Positions 1 to 9,767 of a DNA stretch of 18,053 nt are shown piece after piece. The DNA comes from Chthonomonas calidirosea. Its GTDB lineage: Bacteria > Armatimonadota > Fimbriimonadia > Fimbriimonadales > Fimbriimonadaceae. Made by a program: the position numbers and the translations under genes. Below the pieces are notes generated by a model, which worked only from the letters and a program-made list of their open reading frames with translations, had not been told where the DNA came from and searched no databases. Numbering within the stretch: position 1 is the stretch's first letter; every line of letters begins with the position of its first letter. The DNA is taken from assembly GCA_945859975.1 (NCBI GenBank), contig CAMAPH010000050.1:1-18053 (forward strand), in the 5' to 3' direction.

Positions 1-420
1 AAGAAGTACAAGCTGCGGCAAACTCCCGACTCACGCGCCATTGCCGGCAGCAGCAGCGGCGCCATCTGCGCCTTCACCGTGGCCTGGAACCACCCCGACA
101 AGTTCGGAAAGGTCCTGAGCTGGATCGGCAGCTACGTTGATCTTGCGAAGTTGCACGGAAAAGACACCGGCGGCGATGACTATCCTGCCTTCATCCGCAA
201 AACCCCGAAGAAGCCTCTCCGGATCTGGCTTCAGGACGGGAAGCAGGATATCGAGAACCAGTTCGGCAGCTGGTGGCACAGCAACCTGCAAATGGAGCGC
301 GCCCTAAACTTCATGGGCTACGACCTCATGTGGCAACCCGGCAATGGCTACCACTCGAATGCCCACGGCGAGGCCACATTGCCCACTTCTCTGCGCTGGC
401 TATGGCGCGGAACAAAATGA
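1..420 (+). CDS. Alpha/beta hydrolase, enterochelin esterase (Fes)-like, 5'-truncated
   Basis: Frame 1 is open from base 1: KKYKLRQTPDSRAIAGSSSGAICAFTVAWNHPDKFGKVLSWIGS. It has a GxSxG nucleophile elbow, then LRIWLQDGKQD and GNGYH (likely catalytic Asp/His region). Stop TGA at 418-420. Confidence 0.85.
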   Translation, partial: KKYKLRQTPDSRAIAGSSSGAICAFTVAWNHPDKFGKVLSWIGSYVDLAKLHGKDTGGDDYPAFIRKTPKKPLRIWLQDGKQDIENQFGSWWHSNLQMERALNFMGYDLMWQPGNGYHSNAHGEATLPTSLRWLWRGTK

Positions 421-425
421 TCAAG

Positions 426-431
426 TACAAT
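426..431 (+). promoter_or_regulatory. Putative -10 element (TACAAT) for tRNA-Gly
   Basis: TACAAT ends 11 nt before the tRNA 5' end; no clear -35. Confidence 0.5.
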
Positions 432-442
432 AGAGGATCTAA

Positions 443-516
<74 letters not shown>

Positions 517-619
517 AATCTTTTCCCGGTCGTTGCGCTTTCTTGGCCGTGATCCTAAGAAATTGCGATTCTTGCCAAGAATCGAACCTTATTCTTCTTT
601 TGTGCTCTATAACAAACAA

Positions 620-1042
620 GTGATGGTTGACCCGCAGGTGCTCCTGGTTGAGGATGACGCTGACACCGAATCGCTGATCATTCGGGCTCTACGAAAGATC
701 AAAGTTCTAGAGGTAGCGGTCGCGCGCGATGGGCAGGAAGCGATCGAGATGATTGCCGGATTGTCTAAGGCACCGAACCTCGTTCTGCTCGATCTCAAGC
801 TTCCGAAAGTCGATGGATTCGAAGTGCTTTTGCAGCTTCAGCAACGAGGCTTTGCCGAACAATGCCCCATCGTCGTGTTCAGTTCGGAAGACAGCGCGAC
901 CTCCTTTAACCGGGCACGTAGCCTTGGCGCGGCAGAATACGCCGTGAAGCCGACTAACTTCGAGGAGCTTCAGCACACTATCGAGCGCCTCGCTGCACGC
1001 TACTTACAGACTTCGCTTACGAATTCGCCGACAAAGTCTTGA
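620..1042 (+). CDS. Single-domain response regulator (CheY/Rcp1-like receiver)
   Basis: VLLVEDD acidic pocket, LVLLDLKLPKVDG phospho-acceptor Asp, FSS and KP motifs. Start is more likely GTG620 or ATG623 than 533. Confidence 0.9.
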   Translation: MMVDPQVLLVEDDADTESLIIRALRKIKVLEVAVARDGQEAIEMIAGLSKAPNLVLLDLKLPKVDGFEVLLQLQQRGFAEQCPIVVFSSEDSATSFNRARSLGAAEYAVKPTNFEELQHTIERLAARYLQTSLTNSPTKS

Positions 1043-1460
1043 TCGTGCCGGCGAAGTCCTCCAGAACGCTGGTGATTGCCGCGCGCACGTTCGCTTTCCC
1101 TTCGCCATGATGATCGTCGATCGGCGAAACCAGTTCGCTGATCCAGCCCGTGCCGTGTGCTTTCTCAAAAATGCTCGCCGCGCTTGCGTCGGTCAGCTTC
1201 AGATCAAAGCTGTTCAGCCTTAGAAAAGCCACGAACCCCACGAATGCCGTTGCGGTGTTCGCTTTGCCCAAAGGCGCCTTTGACACGAACCCCGTCAGGA
1301 ACCGCTCCGCTTGTCGCAGTACATCGGAGCTACCGCCATAGGCGTACTGGTAATAAGTCGCCTCTTCGAGGTCGGCAAACCGGTAGGTTTGGACGTTGCC
1401 GGTCACCCGCAGGTTTGTCCACAGAATGTCTTGGACGGTGAGGTACGTCAACGCTTTCAT
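1017..1460 (-). CDS. Fic/Doc-family-like protein with degenerate catalytic motif
   Basis: The N-terminus YLTVQDILWTN and the segment TATAFVGFVAFLRLN resemble Doc proteins. The canonical HPFxDGNKRTA reads APLGKANTATA here. ATG start at 1460. Confidence 0.7.
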   Translation of the reverse strand: MKALTYLTVQDILWTNLRVTGNVQTYRFADLEEATYYQYAYGGSSDVLRQAERFLTGFVSKAPLGKANTATAFVGFVAFLRLNSFDLKLTDASAASIFEKAHGTGWISELVSPIDDHHGEGKANVRAAITSVLEDFAGTIKTLSANS

Positions 1461-1546
1461 GCCACCGAGATTCTGACACACGCAAAAACTCCGGATTTGC
1501 GCCCAGAGCGATGACCGATGGCACGAGACGGACGTCAAATGAGGTG

Positions 1547-2899
1547 ATGGTCTCGCTGCTCGCATTTTCCCTCATCGCTACCCCCGGGTTAGCGGCTCAA
1601 GGTCAGGTCTTTGACATCACCGAGTTCGGTGCTTCGGCCGCGGCCGGCGACGATACGGCGGCCATTCAGGCAGCCTTTGATAAGGCAAAGGCAAACCCGG
1701 CCTCCACGGTAAAGATTCCTGCCGGGACGTTCGAAGGCAATGGGCTCTTCCTTTGGAGCAACACGACTCTGGAAGGTGTCGGACCGAGCTCGATCATCCG
1801 GACATCCGATGGCGGCATGGGCGCAATGATCACCGTGAACCCGGTGACCGGGGCTGGAGCAACCGCTCGACTCGCGGAAAAGCAGGTGAAGATTCAGAAC
1901 CTCACCCTCATGGGGAACACGGCAAAGGAAGGCTATCGACAGCACACCGACCTTCTTCGCTTCTTCGGGGTCGAGACGTCAACGGTCTCTAAGGTTAGGT
2001 TTGTGGGTTTCCGGGGTGATGGCCTCTACATCGGAGACGGCCTGGCCGATAAAGGCGTGATTCGGCACAACAAGGACTTGATCATTGAAGATTGCGAGTT
2101 TGATGGCGTGAACAAGCAGAACCGAAACGGCATAACGGTCGGAGATGGCGAGAACGTAATCATTCGCCGATGCAAGTTCACGCGAACCACGAGCGATAAA
2201 TCTCCGGGCACGATCGATATCGAGCAGAACAAGAACAACTACCACGTGACGCAGAACATTCAAATTCTTGACTGTGAATTCAACGATAACGGAGGCACCG
2301 GAATCGTGGTCGATGTTGCCACGCCCCAGCGCACGATGAAGCGGCCAATGAACACGCTGATCTTCAAGCGAAACAAGATTCGCAACCAGCAGCGTCGCGG
2401 CATCTTGCTCAACCAGTTCAGCGAGTTCGATGCTACGGCGGCCCAGTCGGGCGTGATCGTTCAAGACAACGTGATTGAGAAGACGCCAATCCCCATCGCC
2501 ATTGAGGGCATTCAGGGAATCGACATCGTTGGCAACACCATTCGAGACACCGAGCGCGGGATTATGGTCGGCTTCGGCAAGAAGGGTCGGGGCACGCAGA
2601 ACATCAACATCCGCAACAACACGTTTGAGCGGGTCGGATCGGATCCTAAACTCGGTGGAGCGGCGGTCATTATTCTGAACGCGCTAAACGTTAACGTCGA
2701 AGGGAATACCATCGGCGACTTGGTTGGAGCAGACCCGGTAGTCGTGCTCTTTGCCGCGGCAAGTGGCGGCAGCCGATCGGGCGGCGTAAAGATTAGCGGC
2801 AACCAGCAAGCGCTGGCCTTCCGCGGTAAGGCACCCGCAAAATTCCGAGTAGGCAAATACGTTGAGATCGATCAGAAGACGATCAAAGTGATCGACTAA
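1547..2899 (+). CDS. Secreted right-handed parallel beta-helix protein (pectate lyase 3 / glycoside hydrolase-like)
   Basis: Signal peptide MVSLLAFSLIATPGLAA; VFDITEFGA...DDTAAIQAAFD N-terminal motif; many PbH1-type repeats (IEDCEFD, IRRCKF, IRNNTF). Start could be 1511, 1544 or 1547. Confidence 0.85.
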   Translation: MVSLLAFSLIATPGLAAQGQVFDITEFGASAAAGDDTAAIQAAFDKAKANPASTVKIPAGTFEGNGLFLWSNTTLEGVGPSSIIRTSDGGMGAMITVNPVTGAGATARLAEKQVKIQNLTLMGNTAKEGYRQHTDLLRFFGVETSTVSKVRFVGFRGDGLYIGDGLADKGVIRHNKDLIIEDCEFDGVNKQNRNGITVGDGENVIIRRCKFTRTTSDKSPGTIDIEQNKNNYHVTQNIQILDCEFNDNGGTGIVVDVATPQRTMKRPMNTLIFKRNKIRNQQRRGILLNQFSEFDATAAQSGVIVQDNVIEKTPIPIAIEGIQGIDIVGNTIRDTERGIMVGFGKKGRGTQNINIRNNTFERVGSDPKLGGAAVIILNALNVNVEGNTIGDLVGADPVVVLFAAASGGSRSGGVKISGNQQALAFRGKAPAKFRVGKYVEIDQKTIKVID

Positions 2900-2912
2900 T
2901 CAAACAGAAAGC

Positions 2913-2944
2913 CGGGGCAGCAGAATTGCTGCCCCGACATTTTT
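2913..2944 (+). terminator. Intrinsic terminator for the beta-helix gene (possibly bidirectional)
   Basis: Perfect 10-bp stem CGGGGCAGCA-GAAT-TGCTGCCCCG followed by ACATTTTT. Confidence 0.75.
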
Positions 2945-2968
2945 GTGCGTCAGAGACCTTGTAAACGC

Positions 2969-3002
2969 AAAAAAGCCCGAGACCTTGTGAGTCTCGGGCT
3001 TT
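2969..3002 (-). terminator. Intrinsic terminator of the 16S rRNA transcript
   Basis: Minus strand reads AAAGCCCGAGAC-TCACAAG-GTCTCGGGC-TTTTTT: a GC-rich stem plus a U6 tract. Confidence 0.88.
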
Positions 3003-3037
3003 CCTTGAAAGCTCCACAAGTAAGTAATGCGTTCAGT
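3003..3037 (-). other. 3' arm of the 16S precursor processing stem
   Basis: Complementary to 4728-4761, forming 34 bp (including G-U pairs) with one bulged A. Confidence 0.85.
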
Positions 3038-3086
3038 CGACCTAGAGATGTCTAGTACTGACTTGCAGTTCTAGAGTACGTCTCCT

Positions 3087-4593
<1,507 letters not shown>

Positions 4594-4727
4594 AAGTTTG
4601 CCCCGCATAATGCGGGATTGTTCTCTCATTTGATTGTGATGTTTCCCTTGCGGGTACCCTCCTCCATCGAGACTAGCTCGGAGGATTCAGGCCATCGATT
4701 TGACTGTTATTTCTAACCGTCTTGTAA

Positions 4728-4765
4728 ACTGAACGCTTACTTACCTATGAAGCTTTCAAGGTGCT
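4728..4765 (-). promoter_or_regulatory. rRNA leader: boxA-like antitermination element and 5' arm of the processing stem
   Basis: Minus strand AGCACCTTGAAAGC resembles boxA and continues into the segment that pairs with 3003-3037. A small GCC-GAAG-GGC hairpin (boxB-like) lies just upstream. Confidence 0.7.
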
Positions 4766-4797
4766 CGTCCTTCGCCCTTCGGCTGGGGACAAGGAAT

Positions 4798-4850
4798 ATT
4801 TAAGCAGAGCGCCCTACCGATTGTCAAGGCCCTTAACGAAAAAAGTCAAA
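4798..4850 (-). promoter_or_regulatory. Sigma70-type promoter of the 16S gene
   Basis: Perfect TTGACA (4827-4822), an 18-nt spacer ending in TGC, then TTAAAT (4803-4798). T-tracts upstream resemble an UP element. Confidence 0.75.
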
Positions 4851-4901
4851 AAAAGCCGTTCGAACCCCGAAAATGCCCCGTCTGTATCTCTTGCGGCCCG
4901 G

Positions 4902-4910
4902 TTATCCACA
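4902..4910 (+). promoter_or_regulatory. Consensus DnaA box TTATCCACA
   Basis: Exact 9/9 match in the intergenic region about 75 bp upstream of the rRNA -35. Confidence 0.55.
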
Positions 4911-4934
4911 ACCTTCCCCCAAAAATCGGCCACT

Positions 4935-5384
4935 TCACCAAGATTCCTTCGCAACCGAAAGATCTCCAATCGAAACCGGCACGCACGTTCGACCCGCCGA
5001 ATATTTCAAAAACAGCGCCGGCAACCGGTCCCCACGCCTCCGATATTCCGCGGAAGACATCTCGAAGTCGATGCAAACCTCGACCCGGTCCGCCGAAATC
5101 CACCGATACTCGAAAGGCAAACCCGTCAAAGGATCGACGCGAGGCAAATAGTTCGGTCCCGCCAGCGTCCATTTCGAGACCACTTTCGGAAAAACCCTCG
5201 GCTTCCCGCTCTTCGGCAGCGGCATCTTCTCGTCAATGTCCGTCATCAACTGCCTGAATCGGTCCCACCGCTGAGCGTCCCGCCGATACTTCCCCATCTC
5301 CACCGGCGTCCCGAGGCGCTGAAACGAAAGCGTCAATAGGGTCCCGAGGAAGAGCAGCACGGCAAATAACGGCAGATGCTTCAA
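4935..5384 (-). CDS. Membrane-anchored hypothetical protein resembling the C-terminal part of long DUF5671-type proteins
   Basis: TTG start overlaps the upstream TGA (TTGA), preceded by SD-like GAAGGGG. One TM helix, then GTP...RRDAQRWDR, DPLTGLPFEY and two Cys (EVCIDF, GRTC). Confidence 0.7.
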   Translation of the reverse strand: MKHLPLFAVLLFLGTLLTLSFQRLGTPVEMGKYRRDAQRWDRFRQLMTDIDEKMPLPKSGKPRVFPKVVSKWTLAGPNYLPRVDPLTGLPFEYRWISADRVEVCIDFEMSSAEYRRRGDRLPALFLKYSAGRTCVPVSIGDLSVAKESW

Positions 5385-6019
5385 ATCGCCCCTTCTTTCG
5401 GAGCCGCATTCAGCGCCCTCCAATAGAACAGCGCCACCCCGCCAAGAACCAAGCCGGCATACAAGTACTTATAGAGCGATGCCATCAGCGGCTCCCCGCG
5501 CAACAGTTCCGCCAGGGCAACCACAATGTCGCCAAGCACCACCCCCGTGCTGAGAAGCAACGTGGCGCTCAACACCCACAGCCGCACCGAAGACGTATAG
5601 GACGTCACCCCGGCGCGCAACCGATGCTCCAACGTGCGCATAACCCACAGATAGAGGGGAGCGTTGACGAGGATGTTGGACAACAGCCAAACCACCGAAT
5701 CGCTATCCCGTCGCCAGCCGCCGTTGTCCCCGGCAGAAAAAGCCCGGTCGATCAGGCCGTTCCCCAAAAATATTGCGCTGGTCACCCACGCAATCAGCGT
5801 CACCAGGGCGAGACAGTAAAGAAAGCCGTCCAGCGGGTCCGATTCCTTCGGCCCCTCCCGCCCCGGCACCGAGAGCCCAATCGTGCTCGAATAGTATTGG
5901 GTGATCTCGCGCTGGGCCACCCGAGGCGACCACCCCGCCGCCGAGAGCAAACCAAGAATCACCTCATCCGAAAGCGCCCGCGCCTTCGCAGCCGCAATAA
6001 AGTCCTGAACCGTACTCAC
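5381..6019 (-). CDS. DUF5671-like membrane protein
   Basis: N-terminal FIAAAKARALSDEVILGLLSAAGWS domain, then four TM helices with DGFLY, APLYLW and SSVRLW motifs. Confidence 0.75.
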   Translation of the reverse strand: MSTVQDFIAAAKARALSDEVILGLLSAAGWSPRVAQREITQYYSSTIGLSVPGREGPKESDPLDGFLYCLALVTLIAWVTSAIFLGNGLIDRAFSAGDNGGWRRDSDSVVWLLSNILVNAPLYLWVMRTLEHRLRAGVTSYTSSVRLWVLSATLLLSTGVVLGDIVVALAELLRGEPLMASLYKYLYAGLVLGGVALFYWRALNAAPKEGAI

Positions 6020-6099
6020 CGTCTCAAGCTATCAGTGGCCGTGCAGGATTGGGCAAAGGGTCGGAAGATTATCAGACTAGGAGTGCCAAACTCAGGCAG

Positions 6100-6765
6100 A
6101 TGCTCGCCGCGCTCTGCCTGACCGTAATTGCCCCGCCCGCTTACACGAATCTCAAGCTCGACGGCTTCTCCCTCGTCGTCGAGTCCAGCCTTATCAAGTC
6201 TCGTGCGCAGACGTGGGCGGCGGTGCGGACCGAGTTGCATCGCCAACTCCTCGGCATCAATCGCGTCATCCCGAAACCCGCCCTGCAAAAGCTGAACCGG
6301 GTTCCGATCTACATCCACAACACCTCGCCCGAGACCCGCTGCATGGCCTACCACCCCGGCGCGCAGTGGCTGCGCGAGCACAGCATGAACCCGGCAATGG
6401 AGCACGCCATCGAAATCGGAAACGCCGATAACTTCCTCAGCTGGACCGAACAGCAACCATGGATGGTCCTCCACGAGCTGGCCCACGCCTACCACCACCG
6501 CTTTCTGCCCAACGGATTCGAGAACAAAGAAGTCGCCACCGCCTACCGGTTCAACCTAGATGCCAAGCGCTACGACGCCGTGCTGCACTGGGACGGCAAA
6601 ACCACCGCCCACTACGCCAAGACCAACCCGATGGAGTACTTCGCCGAAGCCAGCGAAGCCTACTTCGGCCAAAACGACTTCTACCCCTTCGTCAAAGCCG
6701 AGCTCAAAACCCACGACCCCGAAGGCTTCACCGTCATCGCGAAGGTCTGGGGCGTAAAAAACTAA
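6100..6765 (+). CDS. Secreted zinc metallopeptidase (HEXXH; anthrax lethal factor/MtfA-like fold)
   Basis: VLHELAHAYH zinc motif and downstream YAKTNPMEYFAEASEAYF third-ligand motif; short hydrophobic N-terminus from ATG6100. Confidence 0.88.
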   Translation: MLAALCLTVIAPPAYTNLKLDGFSLVVESSLIKSRAQTWAAVRTELHRQLLGINRVIPKPALQKLNRVPIYIHNTSPETRCMAYHPGAQWLREHSMNPAMEHAIEIGNADNFLSWTEQQPWMVLHELAHAYHHRFLPNGFENKEVATAYRFNLDAKRYDAVLHWDGKTTAHYAKTNPMEYFAEASEAYFGQNDFYPFVKAELKTHDPEGFTVIAKVWGVKN

Positions 6766-6766
6766 G

Positions 6767-7708
6767 CTACTCGCCGGAACCAGAAATCGGATCAAGCGGA
6801 ATCTGCTCAAATTTGACCTGGATATTCTCACTGGGCGAAAACTTCAAGCGGGCGACAATGCTCGGGTCCACGTTGGTTCGGTACTCAACCTCCCCAGCCC
6901 GGGTCAGGTTAATCGTAGTGCAAACGTCGTCATGAGAGCTAAACGTGATCCCCTTGGAGGGAGGAGGAGGTTTTCCATCTTCCTTCACATGCAGTATCGC
7001 CTGGCCGACACTGTCAATCAGTGTCGGTATCGTGTAACTCTTCCGTTCCGCATGTCCACCGGTCTTCTTAAAGAGCAAACGATATTTGATGGCTGGCGCT
7101 GCGATTCCACAGTGATCCGTTTCGAGTCGCTTACCATCTATCTTGCCAAAGTCCGCTAAAGCTAACTTCAGACCGTCAACTTCAACCCTCTCTCCTTGCT
7201 TCAAAAGCACTTCGGCGACCGGAAGTTCTTTCCGGAGAAGGACATCGAAGGAAGCAACCACATCAAATTTTCCCGCCTCCAGCCGATACCATTCCAGCAC
7301 CTTCCCATCGGTCAAACCTTTGACTACGCCCGCCCGGCCTGAGCCCGTCCACTGGCTAAAGTAGAAGGACGACCTAGGAGTCACTTCCTCCCGCTCGATG
7401 ACTACCCATCGATTCTTCACCTTAGGCCGAATTGCCAGGGTCGCGGAACTCTGCTCCGCGTAATACGCCGTAATCCGCTCGCCGATCCACCGCAACGGCT
7501 TGCCCTTGCCATCCCAGCACGTAGCGCCATCTGGCGAAACTTCGCACACCCCCACAACTCGAACCGCCGGAAGCCCCGGCTGTTTCAGTACCTCTCGAAC
7601 TTGAATAACCTCGTCGATCCCGACGGAGGAGAATTGCTGCACTGCCGCAGGCGCCAAGGCAAGCCCGAACAAGCCAGAACCAAAGAGGAGTTGACGTTTA
7701 TGCCGCAT
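6767..7708 (-). CDS. Hypothetical exported protein, paralog of 14772-15710
   Basis: Long ORF with signal-like N-terminus MRHKRQLLFGSGLFGLALAPAA; shares multiple motifs with the 14772-15710 product. Start uncertain (7708-7741). Confidence 0.75.
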   Translation of the reverse strand: MRHKRQLLFGSGLFGLALAPAAVQQFSSVGIDEVIQVREVLKQPGLPAVRVVGVCEVSPDGATCWDGKGKPLRWIGERITAYYAEQSSATLAIRPKVKNRWVVIEREEVTPRSSFYFSQWTGSGRAGVVKGLTDGKVLEWYRLEAGKFDVVASFDVLLRKELPVAEVLLKQGERVEVDGLKLALADFGKIDGKRLETDHCGIAAPAIKYRLLFKKTGGHAERKSYTIPTLIDSVGQAILHVKEDGKPPPPSKGITFSSHDDVCTTINLTRAGEVEYRTNVDPSIVARLKFSPSENIQVKFEQIPLDPISGSGE

Positions 7709-7896
7709 TAATGATTCGTGACGTCTCACTGAGCTCCGCATAACGGGGAAAGAGCTAGGACTTCAAGGAGTTGCAGTATTAAATTTGCTGAACGTTTGAG
7801 ATGTGCCAGAATTGCGCGTTTGGCCGTTGCTGGAAAATGTCTAGTTTGCCAGTCAGGAAGCGGATGGTCCCACCCGAGGAAGGCTGGCCATCTGCT

Positions 7897-7917
7897 TACG
7901 GCGAATTGCCGTATAAT
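7897..7917 (+). promoter_or_regulatory. TA operator palindrome overlapping the -10 box
   Basis: TACGGC-GAATT-GCCGTA (7897-7913) overlaps TATAAT (7912-7917); ATG follows after 6 nt. Confidence 0.8.
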
Positions 7918-7923
7918 CTTGTC

Positions 7924-8217
7924 ATGAACCAGCCCGGAACCAAGCTCACCATCGCCGAAGCAAGTCCACGAGTGGAGTTTCGGATGTCTAAAGAACTGAA
8001 GCATGAAGTTGAAGAAGCCGCGGCAATGCTCGGATCAACGTTCACTGCATTTGCCACCCAGGCCCTCGTAGAACGCGCTCGACAGGTAAAGCAACAGTAC
8101 AACCTTACGCTAGTCAGCGGCGAAGCCCGAGACTCGTTTGTTGAGCTGATGGCAAACCCTCCGTCACCATCCGACGCACTCAAACGGACCGTAAACACCC
8201 GTAAGGTGATTCTCTAG
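7924..8217 (+). CDS. DUF1778 ribbon-helix-helix antitoxin (TacA/AtaR family)
   Basis: RVEFRMSKELKHEVEEAAAMLGSTFTAF RHH region and FVELMANPPSPSDALKR C-terminal motif; lies directly upstream of a GNAT gene. Confidence 0.9.
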   Translation: MNQPGTKLTIAEASPRVEFRMSKELKHEVEEAAAMLGSTFTAFATQALVERARQVKQQYNLTLVSGEARDSFVELMANPPSPSDALKRTVNTRKVIL

Positions 8218-8221
8218 ACCG

Positions 8222-8731
8222 TTGGCAAGCGTACGGATTGAGGTTCTAGAAAAGCGCCATTCCCGCAAGAACTTTTCATGCGGGAATAGCGAGATTGATG
8301 CCTACATCAAAACCCTAGCTCGCCAGCACCAAGAGCGCAACTTTACAAAAACCTACGTAGCCGTAGAAGAAGGTAAGGCCGATGTCCTCGGCTATATTTC
8401 CGTCGCGATGGGCAGTGTTTTGCTGCAGGACGCAGATGAGTCCGTGTTTTCAAGGTTGCCGAAGCACCCAATGCCTGTTCTCCACGTGGCGCGCCTGGGC
8501 ACCGACACGCGATTCGCGGGGAAAGGTATCGCGTCAATGCTCCTCGCCCACGCCGCCGATCTCGCGATTGCCGCTTCCGCCACGGTGGGAGTGCACGCAC
8601 TTGAACTCCATGCGATTGATCAGCTCGCCTACGACTACTACATACGCCGTGGGTTTTTGCCCCTCAAAGGCAACACCATGCGCCTTTATGCTCCGATCGA
8701 CACCCTCCTCGCCGCTCGAGCACCCAGCTAG
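8222..8731 (+). CDS. GNAT acetyltransferase toxin (TacT/AtaT family)
   Basis: FSCGNSEIDAYI, LPKHPMPVLHVARLGTD, acetyl-CoA motif FAGKGIAS, YYIRRGF. Confidence 0.9.
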   Translation: MASVRIEVLEKRHSRKNFSCGNSEIDAYIKTLARQHQERNFTKTYVAVEEGKADVLGYISVAMGSVLLQDADESVFSRLPKHPMPVLHVARLGTDTRFAGKGIASMLLAHAADLAIAASATVGVHALELHAIDQLAYDYYIRRGFLPLKGNTMRLYAPIDTLLAARAPS

Positions 8732-8770
8732 CCCCAGCCGCGGCGCTTCGCAATAGAGAACGGCCGACGC

Positions 8771-8799
8771 AAAAAAGCCCCCCGCAAACTGCGGGAGGC
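8771..8799 (-). terminator. Intrinsic terminator for 8816-9727
   Basis: Minus strand GCCTCCCGCA-GTT-TGCGGGGGGC-TTTTTT. Confidence 0.85.
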
Positions 8800-8815
8800 A
8801 AAGCAAGGGTCAAAT

Positions 8816-9727
8816 TCAGAACTCGAACTCAACGACTTCGGTCTTGTTGAACCCACCAAAGGCGGTTCGGGTGAATCGGTCAGAGCCAGCGCCGCCAATC
8901 GCCACCGCATCAAGCTGTGCCTGCACGTTGGTTGCCGTAAGCTGGTCGTTGCCAGAGTCCAAACTGATTCCGATCGAGCCGGCACTGAGGATGTTGGTGA
9001 GCGACGCAACATCGTTCTGCGCTCCGGTTTCGATCACAAAGTCCTGACCAGTCTGAATTCCCGACAGCGCAAGTCGGTCGAGGCCCTCATCGGTGCTGAC
9101 AACCGCGCTGAGACCCACCGCCGCCGTCGTTACGTTGACCACGTCGTTGCCCTTATCCGCGAAAACTTCCAAGTTTCCGCCGATCCGCAGTCCGCTGAGG
9201 TCGATTCGGTCCGCCAAATCTCCGCCAAATGCGCTCAAGTTGTTTCCGGCCGATGAGTTGGTTGCTCGAAGCGTGTTCGCGCCGATTCCGCCATCCATTC
9301 GCAAATCTCCCAGAACCGTGCTGTTCGTCACGAAAATGCGGTCGTTTCCAGCTTCGCCCTTGAGGTCGAGGTTGGTTTCGGATCCGCTGCCGTTAACCGT
9401 GATGGTGTCATTGCCATCGCCTGCAGAGAGGATCACGTCTCCAAGGTTGGTCACATTGCGGAAGGTAACCGCGTCATCGCCAGCATCCATCAACATGGTG
9501 ATGTTGACGAGCGGCCCCGAAACGAAAGCGACGCTAGGTCGACCGTTGACGAGCGTGCCGTTGAGCCCGACCACTCGAACGCCGTTGACCGTGCGGTCAA
9601 TGCGGATCTGGTTTCCAAAGGCATCGCCCTGAATGTTCAGGTCGCTGCTGGAGATCTCGGCGCTCACGTTGTTCGCGAGGGCAGTAACAGAGCACAAGCT
9701 AAGTGCAAGCAAAAGAAGGTTCTTCAT
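8816..9727 (-). CDS. Secreted Gly/Asp/Asn-rich repeat protein (beta-roll/beta-solenoid-like)
   Basis: Sec signal MKNLLLLALSLCSVTALA; about ten ~22-aa repeats centred on (A/G)G(N/D)D-x-(V/I), e.g. DAGDDAV, GDGNDTI, EAGNDRI, DKGNDVV, DSGNDQL; AGGA SD upstream. Confidence 0.8.
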   Translation of the reverse strand: MKNLLLLALSLCSVTALANNVSAEISSSDLNIQGDAFGNQIRIDRTVNGVRVVGLNGTLVNGRPSVAFVSGPLVNITMLMDAGDDAVTFRNVTNLGDVILSAGDGNDTITVNGSGSETNLDLKGEAGNDRIFVTNSTVLGDLRMDGGIGANTLRATNSSAGNNLSAFGGDLADRIDLSGLRIGGNLEVFADKGNDVVNVTTAAVGLSAVVSTDEGLDRLALSGIQTGQDFVIETGAQNDVASLTNILSAGSIGISLDSGNDQLTATNVQAQLDAVAIGGAGSDRFTRTAFGGFNKTEVVEFEF

Positions 9728-9767
9728 TGTTTTTCCTGAGGCCGGAAAACCCGGCTACAACCATCTA

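Noticed and set aside
4850..4934. Possible oriC
   Set aside because: Only one DnaA box, no box cluster or clear unwinding element, and no dnaA/dnaN nearby.
4761..5339. 192-aa Arg-rich plus-strand ORF
   Set aside because: It is antisense to the 4935-5384 gene and the rRNA promoter, with shadow-ORF composition.
9093..9632. 179-aa plus-strand ORF
   Set aside because: It is the antisense shadow of the repeat protein gene 8816-9727.
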